NCBI GenBank assembly: GCA_030265395.1
Contig: JARFYF010000094.1
Span: 33,288,865 to 33,352,864, forward strand
Reading direction: 5' to 3'
From: Rhina ancylostomus
Taxonomy: Eukaryota
Length of the DNA stretch: 64,000 bases
Shown: positions 13,991-27,720 of the stretch, in pieces
Position numbering within the stretch: position 1 is the first letter of the stretch
How the letters are laid out: each line of letters opens with the position of its first letter
The notes under the pieces: generated by a model
What the model was told of the DNA's origin: nothing
Databases searched by the model: none
What the model saw: only the letters and a program-made list of their open reading frames with translations
Program-made: the position numbers and the translations under genes

Positions 13991-14922
13991 GTGAACTTAC
14001 AATCATATTCAAAATTAGGACTGAAGATGATGAATGATGAGGAAATTGATTGTAATGAATGAATACAGAGGGTTGAATATGTTCTTAAAGAAAAGTTGTA
14101 ATGAAAGAAAGCTAGCCAAATCAAGAAATTGACTTGGAAACATACAGAGCAGAAATTAGTCCTGGACAGTAGCACAGAACAAGTAGGATTGCCAAGGCCA
14201 CCTCTTACATGCAGCCTTCTGAAAGCATGGGAATCTCCTGCATATTAAATGTAGTGAAAGAAGTTAGAGAGGTTAACATTATTCAGGCTTTCAACCAAAG
14301 AAAATACCCAAACTCATGCATTTGGATGAATTTATAAGTTTTGAAAAATATAGATTATTTTGGAGGTATCAAATGCATCCCAACTTAAAGTTCGTGGTTT
14401 ATTTGCTTTTTCATAAAATACTGCCATATTCTGCAAAGCAACCGGTTTGGAACAGTGACAGTCTGGCGGGTGGGTGTCGTGGATTTTGCCAGGCGGTTGA
14501 GAAGCTGTGGGAGTGCATGGGACTGTGCTTGTTTAATTTTAGACAAAGACAAATAACTGAGTTTTGTCAAAGGTAGTAGATAGCAGACACCGTCTTCATT
14601 GTATTAAGTGTCTTTTGCAGTCAGCCTTCAGACCATTCCTGTTTTGCAACATGATTCGATTTTTTTCATATCTGTTGATTTTATGATGTAGTGGCTGCTT
14701 TGACTAACAGCTCAGATCAATGGCTAGATGAATCCAATTTGCCAACAGTGTTTATCAGTTTAGTCTTCTGTCTACAGCCTACTCATCTGCATGTTGCTTA
14801 GCACACACCCTAAGGCAGTCACTCCCCTAAGATTCCTTCATCTGAATAGTTTGCTTCTTTATTAATTGTACCCATCCATCAGATCTTATGATCCCCATTC
14901 CCTGTATTAATTTAAAGATATA

Positions 14923-14925
<3 letters not shown>

Positions 14926-14958
<33 letters not shown>

Positions 14959-14980
14959 TGTGTCTGTGTGTGTTTGTGTC
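14926..14980. repeat. (GT)n microsatellite, interrupted
   Basis: gtgtgt run with ct and tt interruptions. Confidence 0.95.
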
Positions 14981-17559
14981 TAATGGAGAGATCTGCAAAA
15001 TAAGCTGATCAAGTGTACCGATGCTGATGGCTAAGACTGAAATTAGGCATCTAGCTCCTCCATTCAATTAATACCTAATCAACCTGACACACAGAATCTG
15101 CAGTAGCAACTCTCACTGTAATGTAATGGGCAAACTCCCATTACAAAATATAAATTAAAGGTACAAATCTAAATCATTCGTTCTAATGTTGCAATAATAA
15201 ATTAGAAAATCTAATTACAGTTAGTACACTGAGATGGGAATTTAAAATAAGTACAGTAAACTTTGCTCTGCTTTAATGATGCATCAAAGTATAGTACAGC
15301 ATCAGTCTTTTCAACAAAGGTGCCTAGTGTAAGTTTAAATTATGTGTCCTGTATTTTAATATTGCAGCACTGCCCTCAAAATATCCTCTGCACTGAGCCT
15401 AACATATTTTAATCAGCCATCCTGATTTCTTAAGTAAATTAGATTTATTGCATTATATTGGGGTATGTAACTCTGCTCATCAAGTGAAATCTTGCTGATT
15501 TTTCAAGGAAGTGAAACTAAAGATCAAGCTGGCTACACACTTGCCATTATTTGATCATGGTCCAATATCTTTGTGACTGATTGCTGATCTCTCCACTCAT
15601 TTCTGTGTAATACCCAGTAATTGCTCACCTTTTCTGTGGGTGTAGAATTTGAGACATGAGGGGCAACTAAAGAGGGAAACAAAACAGAAATAAAATAAGG
15701 AGAAAGAAAATTAAAATATGCACAATATAGAAAGACGACAGCAAAGAACTGCTAACTATTCTATGTATTGCAATGAGTACATTATAATCACTGAATGCTC
15801 AAGATGAGTGTCAAAGCACATCATTGTGGTCTACATTGACATATAAAGTGACAACCGCTGACCTAATGTCAAATGCACTTCTCTGTAAGTCTCACAATAT
15901 ATCATAAAAAAATCAGTGAAATTACCTCAAGAATGGGAATCTCAGATTGACACTTGGAGAAAGAATGTGTAATTCAATTAATTGGATGGATATCTATTCA
16001 AAACATTAAATATTGCAATTTGAAATTTAAATTGCATTTATTTTGCCATCTAACATGATCAGAAAAACCACAAGGAATATATCAGACATCTTTTAATAGG
16101 ATTTATGCCAAATAAATTCTGCAAATAAAGATATTCAAACATTTATTATAAAATTAATAAAATGGTAAGACTGAAAGTATTAGAATTTAAGATGTTTTTA
16201 GTGTATGCATCACAATGCAGGTTTCTGTAGTAAAAAGTTCTACCCACAAAAGAAGAGATTTTTCTTACAACCTAAAATCCCCATTCTCACCATATCATCA
16301 ACACTCATTTTTTTTGGATGACATTAAAGGATGTCAGTGCTCATTATCATTTAACAGTCTGCAGTAAATGTAGAATTCTTAAATCCCAGGTGGAAGTATA
16401 TACTGTTGGAATGCTGTATTTGGAGTATAATGAACAAAGCATTCAAAACCTGGATCTGATCTAATATATATTGCATCTGCATTCTCTTTTGGTTGGTATT
16501 TTTTTCAACACAATCCACAATGCAATATTCAATGGTGATTTATAAAAGAAGGTAAACCAATAGCTGAGATTATGAGAAAGATTTAAAGATAATAGCTTCC
16601 TTCCATGCGTAGGTGTTTATAGTGGCTATTAAGGTGGCCTCCATTATTGTAATACATATTGTGCAAGTTTGATTGGAGGATAAAGAATTTGCAGTGAACC
16701 CAAATAAAATTATTCATATTTCAAGTGCTGCTTTATTATGTTTAATTAAACTTATTAAAGTCAGCTGGATGAGTTGAATTAAAGGTATTTCAGACTTTAG
16801 AAATATGTATTATGATAAATAGATTAATAGCTGGTGCCTTTCCATCCATCCAATTAATTGAATTTCACAGTTTTTAAGTAATGCATTGCTATTTATAAAG
16901 GCTATAGAGTAAGTGGTGAGAGAACTTAGCTGTTAATTTTCCTGATGTTAGTACTATATTAAATTAATATATGTATATATGATATAATTCTGTACATAAA
17001 TGCAATGTTTATGTGGACATATAACTCTACCATGAAGGGCCCTGGGACTTCTATGTTACTATGCTAAATATGATATATAATATGTTCACTTTTTAATTGT
17101 TGATGAAGCGATGTTTTCCAAATGATTGTTGGGACAAAGATTTCAGCTTGGTTGCCTGTGTAAGCCATTCAATACAATTGCATACATGGGGTGTACTCTG
17201 TTTCTGTAATTAATTTCCATTCAAGTATTCATTATAATGTATTTATCTCATGTGACCATGAAATGAGTAATATTCCTTTATATCATATATTTATCAACTT
17301 ACTCTTTAGTTGTACCCTACATGTATTATTATTAAAATATCTAAATTAATATATTACATTATTTATGTCATCTTCATGAACAAAATTTGGTGCTTTGGAT
17401 GAATTTATAAATTTTGAAAAATGGAGATTATTTTGGAGGTATCTAATCTATGATATTAAATACTGAATTTTATAAAGTGAACGAAATCTGTAATCTTAAA
17501 TGGGCAGCATACATCAAAAGCTTATAAATCTCGGAAATATACAATTAATTATAAGAAGT

Positions 17560-18655
17560 TAAGAATGTAAAATACAAGAATAGACTCTTGGCCCTCAAGA
17601 ATGTTCTGCAATTCAGTAAAATCATGGCTGATCTGCCTCAACATTTTCCTTATCTATTCCTTTTTATCCCTTAGTTTTTCTAATATCCAGAAATCTATTA
17701 ATCTTGGTTTTGAATCCACAGCATTCCAGGGTAGAGAATTCCAAAGATTCACCAGTTTCTTCTCCTTTCAGCTCTAAAAGCCTATCCCTAATTTTGAGAC
17801 TGATCCAGAGTCCTAGACTGCCTAACCTCTCCCATCGAACCCTTAAGCCCTCTATGTATTTTGTATGTCTCAGTGAGGTCACGTTGCATTCTTCTAAACT
17901 CTACAGAAATATAGTCCGAGCTAACTCAATTTCTCCTTGTATGCTAGACCTGCCATTCCAGGAAGCACCCCAATGAATCTTTACTGAACTCCTTTTATAG
18001 CAGGTACATTTTTCTTAGGGTAAGGAGACCCAAATGGTATACATTATTGCAGGTGTAATCTTACCAAGACTCTAAATAGTTGTAGTAAGACCTCCTTNNN
18101 NNNNNNNCAATGAAGGATAATGTACATTTTCCTTTCTAATTGCCTTCTGCACTTGCATGTTTGCTGCCAGTGATGTGTGTGCATGGACACCCAGATCCTT
18201 TTGTGTAACAACACTTCCCAATCTCTCACCATTTAAAAAAAAATGACTAACCTCCCATTTTTTCCATATTGTACTCCACCTGCCATGTTGTCCACTAACT
18301 CAGCTTATCTATATTCCCTTGAAGCCTCTTTGCATCCTCATCACCAATCACATTCCCATATTTTTATGTTGTTTAAAATTTGATATGTTACATTTGGTGC
18401 CCTCAGCCAAATCATCATTATAAATTCTAAATACTGTAGCTGGGGCTGAAGCAACCATTCCTGCAGTTCCACAGTAGTCACAGCCTGGCAATCTGAGAAG
18501 TGGCCATTTACTCCTACTATTTGTTTCCAACTCTCACTACATACTGATACATTCTCCCCATTCCATATGCTCCGATCTTGTTCACCAATGTCTCGACAGT
18601 CTGTGCGGAACCCCACTGAAAGCCTTCTGAAAATCCAAATCCACCATATGTACCA
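17560..18655 (-). mobile_element. Decayed CR1 LINE, reverse transcriptase to 3' end
   Basis: Reverse translations include YxDFQKAF-like sequence near 18620-18650, KEVLLQLFRVLVRLHLQ and FKTKINRFLD; 3'UTR near 17570-17700. Confidence 0.85.
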
Positions 18656-20049
18656 CAAATTATATTTCTATTGTTCCCTGTTTGTGCTACATTTTCTTGT
18701 TTTATTTTCTCTAAGTGTGAAATAATAATTATTTGCTACAGGCAGAATTAAAGGCTATAATTCACTGAAGGATTATGGTATCACAAATCACAGTCGTTTA
18801 TAAACATCAGTAGGACATAATACTAAATTACAGTCTTTATTGGAACGATATTCTTTAACTTGACGTTGTTATTGACAGGATCGCCAATGGTGGCAGGAAC
18901 CCCAATATTGTAATTTTACCTCTCTCAAACTGCCAAAAATATCTTTAAAAACAAAGACTGTTTAGGGCTCTTTTAAATGGAGATGGCTGATCAGATTAGA
19001 GTTGGTATTCTCACCCTCTTGCAACTGACTCTGTCGCATATGGCACCTGATTAAATTTATTGTTGCATCCGTCATTCCAGCTAATTTGGAGATTTGATAC
19101 AATGAGGTAGAGCTTACTGAACTGAAGGGACAATTTTCCAGTCCTAGCAATTATAAAAAATTTTAAACCCTATTTCTCCTGAGGATAGCTTTTTTAATGA
19201 AAGTCCCATAGAACAACCAAATAAAACAATGTATTGTTTTAACTTTGATAGAGTGAATTATTTGTTCTTGTGTTCAGCAGGACTTGGTTTCATCTAATTG
19301 TCCTTACGGTACATATCTGTGGTTTAAACTAGATGTTATCAAAGGTAGAAAATATATCTTGAAGCAACCATAAAATTGCACTTATACATCTTGAAAAATA
19401 TTTTTGAATTTAACACAGCTGGTGATATAAAGTTGTTCCTATTCTTTTAAATGTGCTTAAATCATATCATTACAAGTGATCATAGAACACAAAGGATTTA
19501 TTGTCAAAAGGCAACAATGAAGCTAATGTCGATCTTGGTTATTAATGTGCACAGGTGAATAGCAGTTGTGCATTAAATCCAAAATTCTGGAAATAGGTGT
19601 CCCAGATGTGCTGCCATCCATGCAAATGGCACCTTGCCATCCAGTTCACCATTCACAGGTTTTGCATGGTCTGAAATTCCTGTACTTGCATGGTAGCTGC
19701 AGACTAAACAAGCTTCAGGAGGTTAGGGCTTATCCATTCTTTCTGGTGTAATAAGTCTTCATTACTGTAAAACAAACTCTCTGGCAATGAGGTTTTTAAA
19801 AACTTTACAAAGGTTAAAATCTCATTCCTTCAGCTTTTACTTGCTGTTGGAGAGTTGTTTTCAAGTCTTTTTACTCTGCATCTATCTTTTCTGTCCCTAA
19901 TTTATTATGTTTTCTGTAACAGTTCTGAAATTGAATTCAATATACTAGCAGACATTTTCTGATTCAAGCTCTGCATTCAAGAATTCCTTCAGATTCTGAA
20001 AAGTTTACTGTTAAAATTAAATTGCTGTTAGCCTCTGGCCTTAGTTGCA

Positions 20050-20225
20050 CCAATACCAGATGAAAAAAACTTTCTCTGTAACTGTAACACTATATTTTGC
20101 AATATATTATTGCTTTTCCCTTGTACTACCTCAAAGTACTTATGTTTTGAAATGATCTGTATAGATGGCTTGCAAAACTAAGTTTTTCACTGTATCTTGG
20201 ACAATAGTATACCAATACCAACTCT
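20050..20225 (+). mobile_element. Non-LTR retrotransposon 3' tail, same family as 986-1277
   Basis: Shares tctctgta-ctgt-acact, tactacctca, tgatctgtat and aagtttttcactgta with the 986-1277 copy. Confidence 0.65.
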
Positions 20226-23200
20226 CAATGTGAAATCACAAGTTTGAAGTCCACAGCACCTCAGTGAGTTTACATCTGATCAGTGGAGGAAATATACTAT
20301 TAGCATCCTGTTTATATAGTCCCCAGATACCCTAGTGATGTTGCTTCCATTTAGATCACCAATTACAGAAAATTGCAGTGCGATAGGTTATTGAAATTAA
20401 ATGAATAAGGATATGGCTAATGAAATGAGAGTGCCATTTGTTAGTCAGCTACAGTGTGGTAAGACCCAAGATATTCTGTAGCACCTTGAAATCTTTGTAT
20501 TTGTTTATGACATAAATTGTTTCCTTAGCCAATTACAATACACAAGATCATACAAGTCATTTTGAATTATNNNNNNNNNNNNNNNNNNNNNNNNNNNNNN
20601 NNNNNNNNNNNNNNNNNNNNNNNNNNNNNNNNNNNNNNNNNNNNNNNNNNNNNNNNNNNNNNNNNNNNNNTGTATTTGTTTATGACATAAATTGTTTCCT
20701 TAGCCAATTACAATACACAAGATCATACAAGTCATTTTGAATTATTTTCTGCTCCTTTGCTCTTCTTTCCGCCGCCCCCCCCCCCCCCCCCCCCCATTCT
20801 GCAATCTTTTATACCAAGCACCCAAAGTGAACTCCATCAATGGAATCAGTGCCACTGCTGGAGTTGCCAGCAGATGACAGTTCCAGTGCAGGGGGGTGTG
20901 GGGTGCTGAACAAGGCAGCTGCATGATCTGCCACTCCTGGCCCTATAGGGAACTTGTCTGTTGTGGTCAAGCAAATTTCAATGCCAAAGGGCCATGGGGC
21001 TCAAACTGTGACTTCATATTGTGGAATTTTCATCTGGTACTAGCTCTACCAAGGCCAGAGCACAACACAATTTAATTTTAATAGTAAACTTCCCAGAATG
21101 TGAGGGAATCTTTTTCAAATGACAAATTAGCATTTGTCCATTTAATTAAAGAAATCAAAAGCTGTTAATAATGAACAGAGATTGCTTCATATTATTATTT
21201 TACATTGTCAGCTCTGCACATTGGACTTCTCTGTTGAATTGTAGAAATTTATATAAAAGGTGCAGAAATCTGCAGTTCTTGCAAACAAAGTGTTTTGAAA
21301 ATGTAAAAATACATAATAAATATTGTATACTTTGAATTAAGCAGCTTGTCAAGTTTCATTAAGAGGGAATATTTGATGATGCATAAATATGAATGCCAGT
21401 CGGCTGATAAGACTGTCAGTTGCTTAACAATGGTGTGGTATAAAGTATAATTAAAAAGCTGCAGTATAAATGTAATGAACTGTGTGTAAACTATGGAGGA
21501 GGGGGCGTTATGGCATTACATTGTTATACCATTTCATTTCATACCATAAAACTGTAAGTGGAAATTAAATGCTGGCTCAAGAGCATTCCTTGGAGGTTAG
21601 AACATTAGCTGAGACAATCTCCGGAATAAAGAATCTTCTGTATCAGCTACAATCTTTGTATATCTTCAGACCATATTTTTGTCAAAGGCAGTGGCTAAAT
21701 TAATCATACTCGAAGTTCATTTCAATTTACCAATAAATAACTATGGGTTTAAGTCATTTGTTTTTTTTTTGAAAATTGAAAAGGAATGTGAGTTTCTTTG
21801 TTGTAATTTTTCAGCTGCTGAGACAGAAACAACCTTTTATACAAGTAAACTGTGGAAAAAAAATTCTTATGGGACATGAGAGCCTTGACATAAATGCCAG
21901 AGAGTAATGAAAGCTATTCATACAAGCACTGAAAGGTTGGGCATTTTAGAGCCTACTACAGCACTACTATGAATTGTGTACATTACCAGTGAACATTGAG
22001 CATTCCAATGTGCGTCTGTTTAACATCTTCCACAAAAGTTCAATCATAGCCCAATCTGTGTGGATAGGCATTTAAATTATACTTAACAGGGATTTACTTA
22101 GCTAATCAATAAAAATGGTCCCCTATAATTTGTGCTGCCATTTTTCATTGGGATTGTGGTACTATATAATTTTCCTAATGGTTATGCTTTGCCCATGAGA
22201 CAAATGTGTATGATTTGTTTGGCAATAGTTTGCCACTGAGCAAAGATCCTATACATATCAGTAATTCAGTAATGCAGCATTTGCAATTACATTGCATTTC
22301 CTAGCGCTTATTTATGAATCCAGGTTCTGTTTATGGAGTTTCTGTAATAATTTTATGTATTGATGTACCAGTGAAAATGAACTTAAAAAATGATTTCATC
22401 CAAATTAATGATAAAATTGTTTCATTACGAAAGTAAAGGCAAAGGTTGTAAACCCTATTAATACTGTGTTATTTATAGCTCATTTAAGTGAAAAAAATAA
22501 TCCCACCAATATTTTTATTCTTAAAACCATTGGCAGATATGCTGAGAAACAGATTTATAAAATCACTTATCGCAGAGCCCAGTAAATGCTTTAAACAGAA
22601 TTAATTTAGCAGGACCCAGAGTGTCAGAATCCTGTTTTGAATTCTTCTTCATTAAGTTTTATTTTCTTGAGGCGAGATGGAAATTTGCAAAAGGCCAAGT
22701 ATGGATCTGGAACAAAATTCCAGTTTATATTCTTGAGCGGGAATGGAGCTTTTGTACGGATTCACCAAGAAGAGGTGACCTAAAGCAAAAGAAAATCGGG
22801 TGGAGTGCAACTGTTGTATTTGTGTTTTTCTGTTGATTTGCTTAATAAATGTAGGCAGCAAATTCTTCCTGCATTTTAAGAGGACCAGTTTAACTAGTCA
22901 GATTGCAATTATAGTCCCCGTCCCAGAACACACTGCAGAAAAGTGTAGGGGCAAAACAGATTGTTACATGAGCCAAGGTGAATATTTTCAAAAGGTGCAC
23001 AAGATTCAAAACCAAATTTAATCTTCAACTCTTGTAAATGATAGATTTGACCTTTTAATCTGATTGATTAGAAAATATGAAACAGGAATACTACAATTCT
23101 TCTAAGGCCCATAGTATTAAACCCAATACTATTTTCTAATCTTGGCTATGTTTGGTGGATGATTGGCATTGAGCCAGGATCCACTTTGGAAGCACTGGTC

Positions 23201-26009
23201 ATCACTGCAAATTAGCTGTCATTAATCTATTCCTTTGTCAAGTTTTTTTTTGGAGGTTATGGAAGGAAGTCAGTGCATGTTACACTGAGCAATTGCAGAA
23301 TCATCCTGAGTGTGATAAATGTACCAGGTGCTTAACATGTGCTAGTTGACATTAGTAGTATTGCAACATTTTCAAAGCTGCTGCAGTTCTAGATTTTCCA
23401 CCCTGTCATTAGCTCAGATAAAATGGATTACCAAACATTAATTGATAAAACAAAGTACTGAAAATGGATATAATAAGCAAGGCTGTTGATTATTAAAATA
23501 TTGTTATTGTACCCTCTAATGTAATATAATGATTAGGTGCATCAGAGTGAGCCAGAAACTCAAGAAGGAATTAAGTATGTGAGGACAGAAACATTCCCTG
23601 TTAATGTGGACACTCTGGTACTGCAACAGCAAACAAAGTAGAACTGGAGAAAGAGAAATCTTCAGAGCAAGTACAGATGGACTAACCACTTGGCCTTGAC
23701 AGAGTCTGGCTCACTCTCAAAAGAGACATCACCTTTGGCATCTGTCACATTCTGAATGCTGGTCTGCAATTATCCTCACTAGTTTTGACTTCATTACCTG
23801 CAGATGTGTGAAGGTAACTACAGCTATGAATTTCTATGTTGCAGTCTGCTTCCAATTGTGAGAGAGTGATTACATTGCCAATTCAGTCAACAGTCCAGTG
23901 GTTTATTCCACAGGTTGGCTTTAAGTTTAGCCAAGATCTAGGGGACAATGGCCTACTCGAAGAGAATATTAAAGAAAATGCAAACCAGCTCATTGCAACC
24001 CATTTTAGAGGTACAGCATTCAAATGAATTTTAAAATACATATAGGTTCAATTCCCTCTAATAGTGAATTGGTTAATGACAAGTTCTTCATGACAAGTTC
24101 TTCAGTCTAAATATTTAGGCTTTCTTGGTCTCCACTAATTTTTGTAGCCAATTATCCCTAATGGTTTTCACCTAGAGCCATACAGTGCTAATTGACTTGT
24201 AGGTCCCAGGCCATATAAAGATCCCCATGTGCCCCATCAGAGTGGCACATTCATCTGAGACACCAGACTGTAGGGATGCTCTGGCTCGATGATGGCTGTA
24301 GATTCAAATATTAGGCACTTCTTTTCAATTTACTAATACCTGCAGATTATTGTTACATTGACACAAAACCTTGAGACAAAGTATTTGGATAAAGCATGTC
24401 CCTTGTGTTTAGCATCATAAATGCCCACTAGTTAACAACCAGACCAGTATCCAGGTTCTGACCAGCTGAGCTTGAGGAAAAATATTTGCAGAAACTCCTG
24501 ATTGGTGGCATGAAACATGATATTTGAGAGCCTTATCACCTTGTACACCACCTCCAAAATTCATTCCTTTGATGGGCATGATGTAGATTCATAGAACTAT
24601 AAGCTGGGAATGAGTTTCAAAGCATTTCAACATGTGTCATGTATTGAATGCAGATTTTTAACTGTCCTTCATTTCTAACAACAACATTACATCCAGATGA
24701 GGAAAGATTATTTATAAAGTGAATTATTAAGATATGGACTGCATTGGCTAATAGTGGAAACAAGTTTCATCATAACTTTTCAAAGAGTTTAAGAAACAGT
24801 TGAAAAGGAAACAATTGCAGACAGGGCTGTTAGGGAAGGAGCAGAAGAGAGTGGCTCATTGAGCAGGAGTCAAGGAGCTAGGCCAAGTGGAAACTTTCTG
24901 TGCTGTATGATTCTACACATACTTTAAGTAAGTTGCAAATGACTTATTTAACCATACAAAAGATCATGGGTGAGAAATTAGGCTTTCATCGTTGTCTGGG
25001 TATCAGCCTGTTCATATTTGGCTTCAGTGAAACAATGGCTGATACTCATGCTTCATTCAGCACTGATGAGCAAGAGAGAATTTCTCTCTCCATGTAACTA
25101 ATACATATCATAGACACACATGATAATTCCAGTAATTCTGCACCAGAATGGGTGCTTTGATATTGACTAGTATGATGCACACCAGCATAATCCATGGATA
25201 TTTCATTAAAAAACTCCAGAAATACAAAGAGTGCCAACCAGAAGTCTTTACTTAGTTGCATGCTAGCCTCAGAAACAGAATATCTTCCTTAAACTAAATT
25301 AGTTTTGAAGTTAACATTCATATGAGCATTGAAAATATCAACCAATAAACACCTAATCTAGTGAAAATAAATGGAAATGTGCTATTGACATATTAGCAGC
25401 AATTGTAAACTAAGTTATGCTTCAATTGCTGCTGCTGGCAGTAGATCTAATACTTCAACTGTGTCTCCAACAACCCAACAATTGAAATTATTTGAAGTTT
25501 TTAATTAACTATTGGTTTATATAATTTCCATGCAGTAATACTTCTCTTAGCCATTCAAGCAGTCTTCTGAGTCTCCAAACAGACTTTCTGATGTCCTGCT
25601 AACAGACTGAAGACCTGAACTGTACATTTTTTTAAAAATGGCTCTGATTTTTGTAAAAGCTGGGCCTTGCACTTTGATGGCATGGATGTGCCTGGGTTGA
25701 TTTGTGTTAGACCAGCCATTGCAAGTTTACTATAAAAGATTGACTTCTTCATTTGCCAAGCTCTCTATGCTTGGAAAATTTGCACAGAATCAAGCTTATA
25801 AACTGACAGGTTGCCAGTAGTAAAGTCTGGAAAATGCAGAGTATCTTAATGGCTGGTGCTTGCCCTGAAAGCAAGATGTATGGAAATTTACCTACTCAGG
25901 ATGAAAGGCGAATGGACTGATTTCCCACGCAGCAGAGCCATTTGATTTTTCATCTTATTGAAATCAAATATGTGGAGTGTGAATCAGGTATACAGGGTTT
26001 AGAAAAATC

Positions 26010-26345
26010 AATCCTTTCAAAAAGAACCTTTCCTGACCTCAGGACATCTCAAAGCACTTTAGAACCAATGAGGTACTTTAAAGAAGAGTCACTGTTGCAA
26101 TGTAGGAAATGTGATAGTCAAGTAAGCCAAATGTGACAGACACAGCAAGTTCCCACAAACTGCAATGAGATAGCATTAGTTGTGTCATTTTAAACATTGG
26201 CCAGGACAATGGCGATAATCACCTCTTCCATATTTTAACTTCCTGTTTACTGTCACATCTTCAGTAAAGCACTGAACCGAGTCTCAGTTATGAGCTCGAT
26301 TCACTAGAATGGGCTTCTGAATGCACAACTTTTTACAGCAGAGGC
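26010..26345 (-). mobile_element. DeuSINE (SacSINE1/AmnSINE1-type Deu domain), reverse orientation
   Basis: caaagcacttt...ccaatgaggtacttt...gtcactgttgcaatgtaggaaatg...cacagcaagttcccacaaactgcaatgagat matches the recalled reverse Deu-domain consensus. Confidence 0.7.
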
Positions 26346-26479
26346 ATAATTAAACCCATGAGGTCAAGAATGGTTCTGGGGCAGCCTATCATGTTTTGAG
26401 TATTGTATAGCTTTCCATAGGTGCACAGTCCAGGAAGTAAACCCTGGTCTTAGTAACATCTTCATTTTATTTGCTTCAG

Positions 26480-27720
26480 CAGGAGGAAGGGCAGGAATTA
26501 GCAACACAGCCCCTCAGACCTGCATTATTATTCAGCGTTATGGCTGATTAGATTGTTAGCCTGCCTTTCTTCATCCCACCTAATCTCCATGATCTTTAGG
26601 AACATAAGAACAAGGTGCAGGAGAAGGTCATGTGGTCCTCAGAGCTTGCTCCACCACTCATCAAAATCATAACTGATCTTTTTTCTCACTGCCATTTTCC
26701 TGCCTCGTCCAAAAATCCCTTGACTTCTGGATACCAGGAGGATCAATCTCTGTTTTAAATGAACTCGGTGACTGAATCTCCACAGCTCTCCAGGTTAGAG
26801 AATTCCAAAGATTCCCCACTCTCTGCAGGAAGAAGTGTCTCCTCATCTCAGTCTACATGACCTGCCCCTTATTCTGAGACTGTGACCCCTGCTTCCACAT
26901 TCCTCAGTCAGGAGAAGTGTCCTTCCTGCTTTCAGCCCTGTAAGAATTTTGTAAATTTCACTGAGATCTCCTCTCATTCTTCTAAACTCTAGAGAATGCA
27001 GGCCTGGTCAACCCAATCTCTTCTCATACAACAAGCCCTCCATCCCAGGAACCAGTCTTCCCTGCACTCCCTCTATGGCATGTATATCCTTTTATAGGTA
27101 AGCTGTCCAAGACTGCACACTCTGCTACAAGTGCAGTCTCGGAAAGGCCCTATAAAATTGCAGTAAGACATCCCTACTCCTTTAAGCAAATCGTCTTGTA
27201 ATAAAAGCCAACATATCATTTGACTTCCTAATTTGCTATATCAACATATTAGCTTTCAGTGACGTGTATAAGGGAATCTAGGGCCCTTTAAACATCAATA
27301 TTGCCTAATATCTTGCCATATAAAATTTCCATTTTGTGCACCAAAGTGGACAACTTCACATTGTTCCACCTTGTATCTCACCTGCCATGTTGTTGTCCAC
27401 TCATTCAGTTTATCTTGAAGACTTTTTACATCATCCAATCTACTCACAATCCCACCTAGTTTTGCATTATCAGCAAACTTGGAAATATGNNNNNNNNNNC
27501 ACCCAAGCACTGATCCCTGTGCTGTCCTCATTTTCACAGCCTGCCAACTTGAAGAAGATCCATTCTCACTCTTTGCTTTTTGTTGGAGAACTAATTCTCG
27601 ATCCACATCAGTATATTACTCCTAACTCTCTGTGCTCTAACCTTATTGACCAACATCATGTGTGGAACTTATCAAACCCCTTTTAAAAATCTAAATACGC
27701 CACATTCACTGTTTCCTTTA
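26480..27720 (-). mobile_element. Decayed CR1 LINE, reverse transcriptase to 3' end
   Basis: ORF 27295-27606 reads QGSVLG...ISKFADNAKLGGIV...LQDKLNEWTTTWQVRYKVEQCEVVHFG (PQGSVLG and FADD motifs); 3'UTR at about 26600-26720 with a second tail-like piece at 26480-26600. Confidence 0.9.

Noticed and set aside
20770-20800. Poly-C tract as a functional G-quadruplex or polyglycine ORF
   Set aside because: A simple homopolymer beside a contig end with unreliable length and no gene context.
24077-24106. Short tandem duplications (atgacaagttcttc twice here; ttgaggtttctaaac twice at about 53413-53443)
   Set aside because: Ordinary two-copy slippage duplications, not an array.
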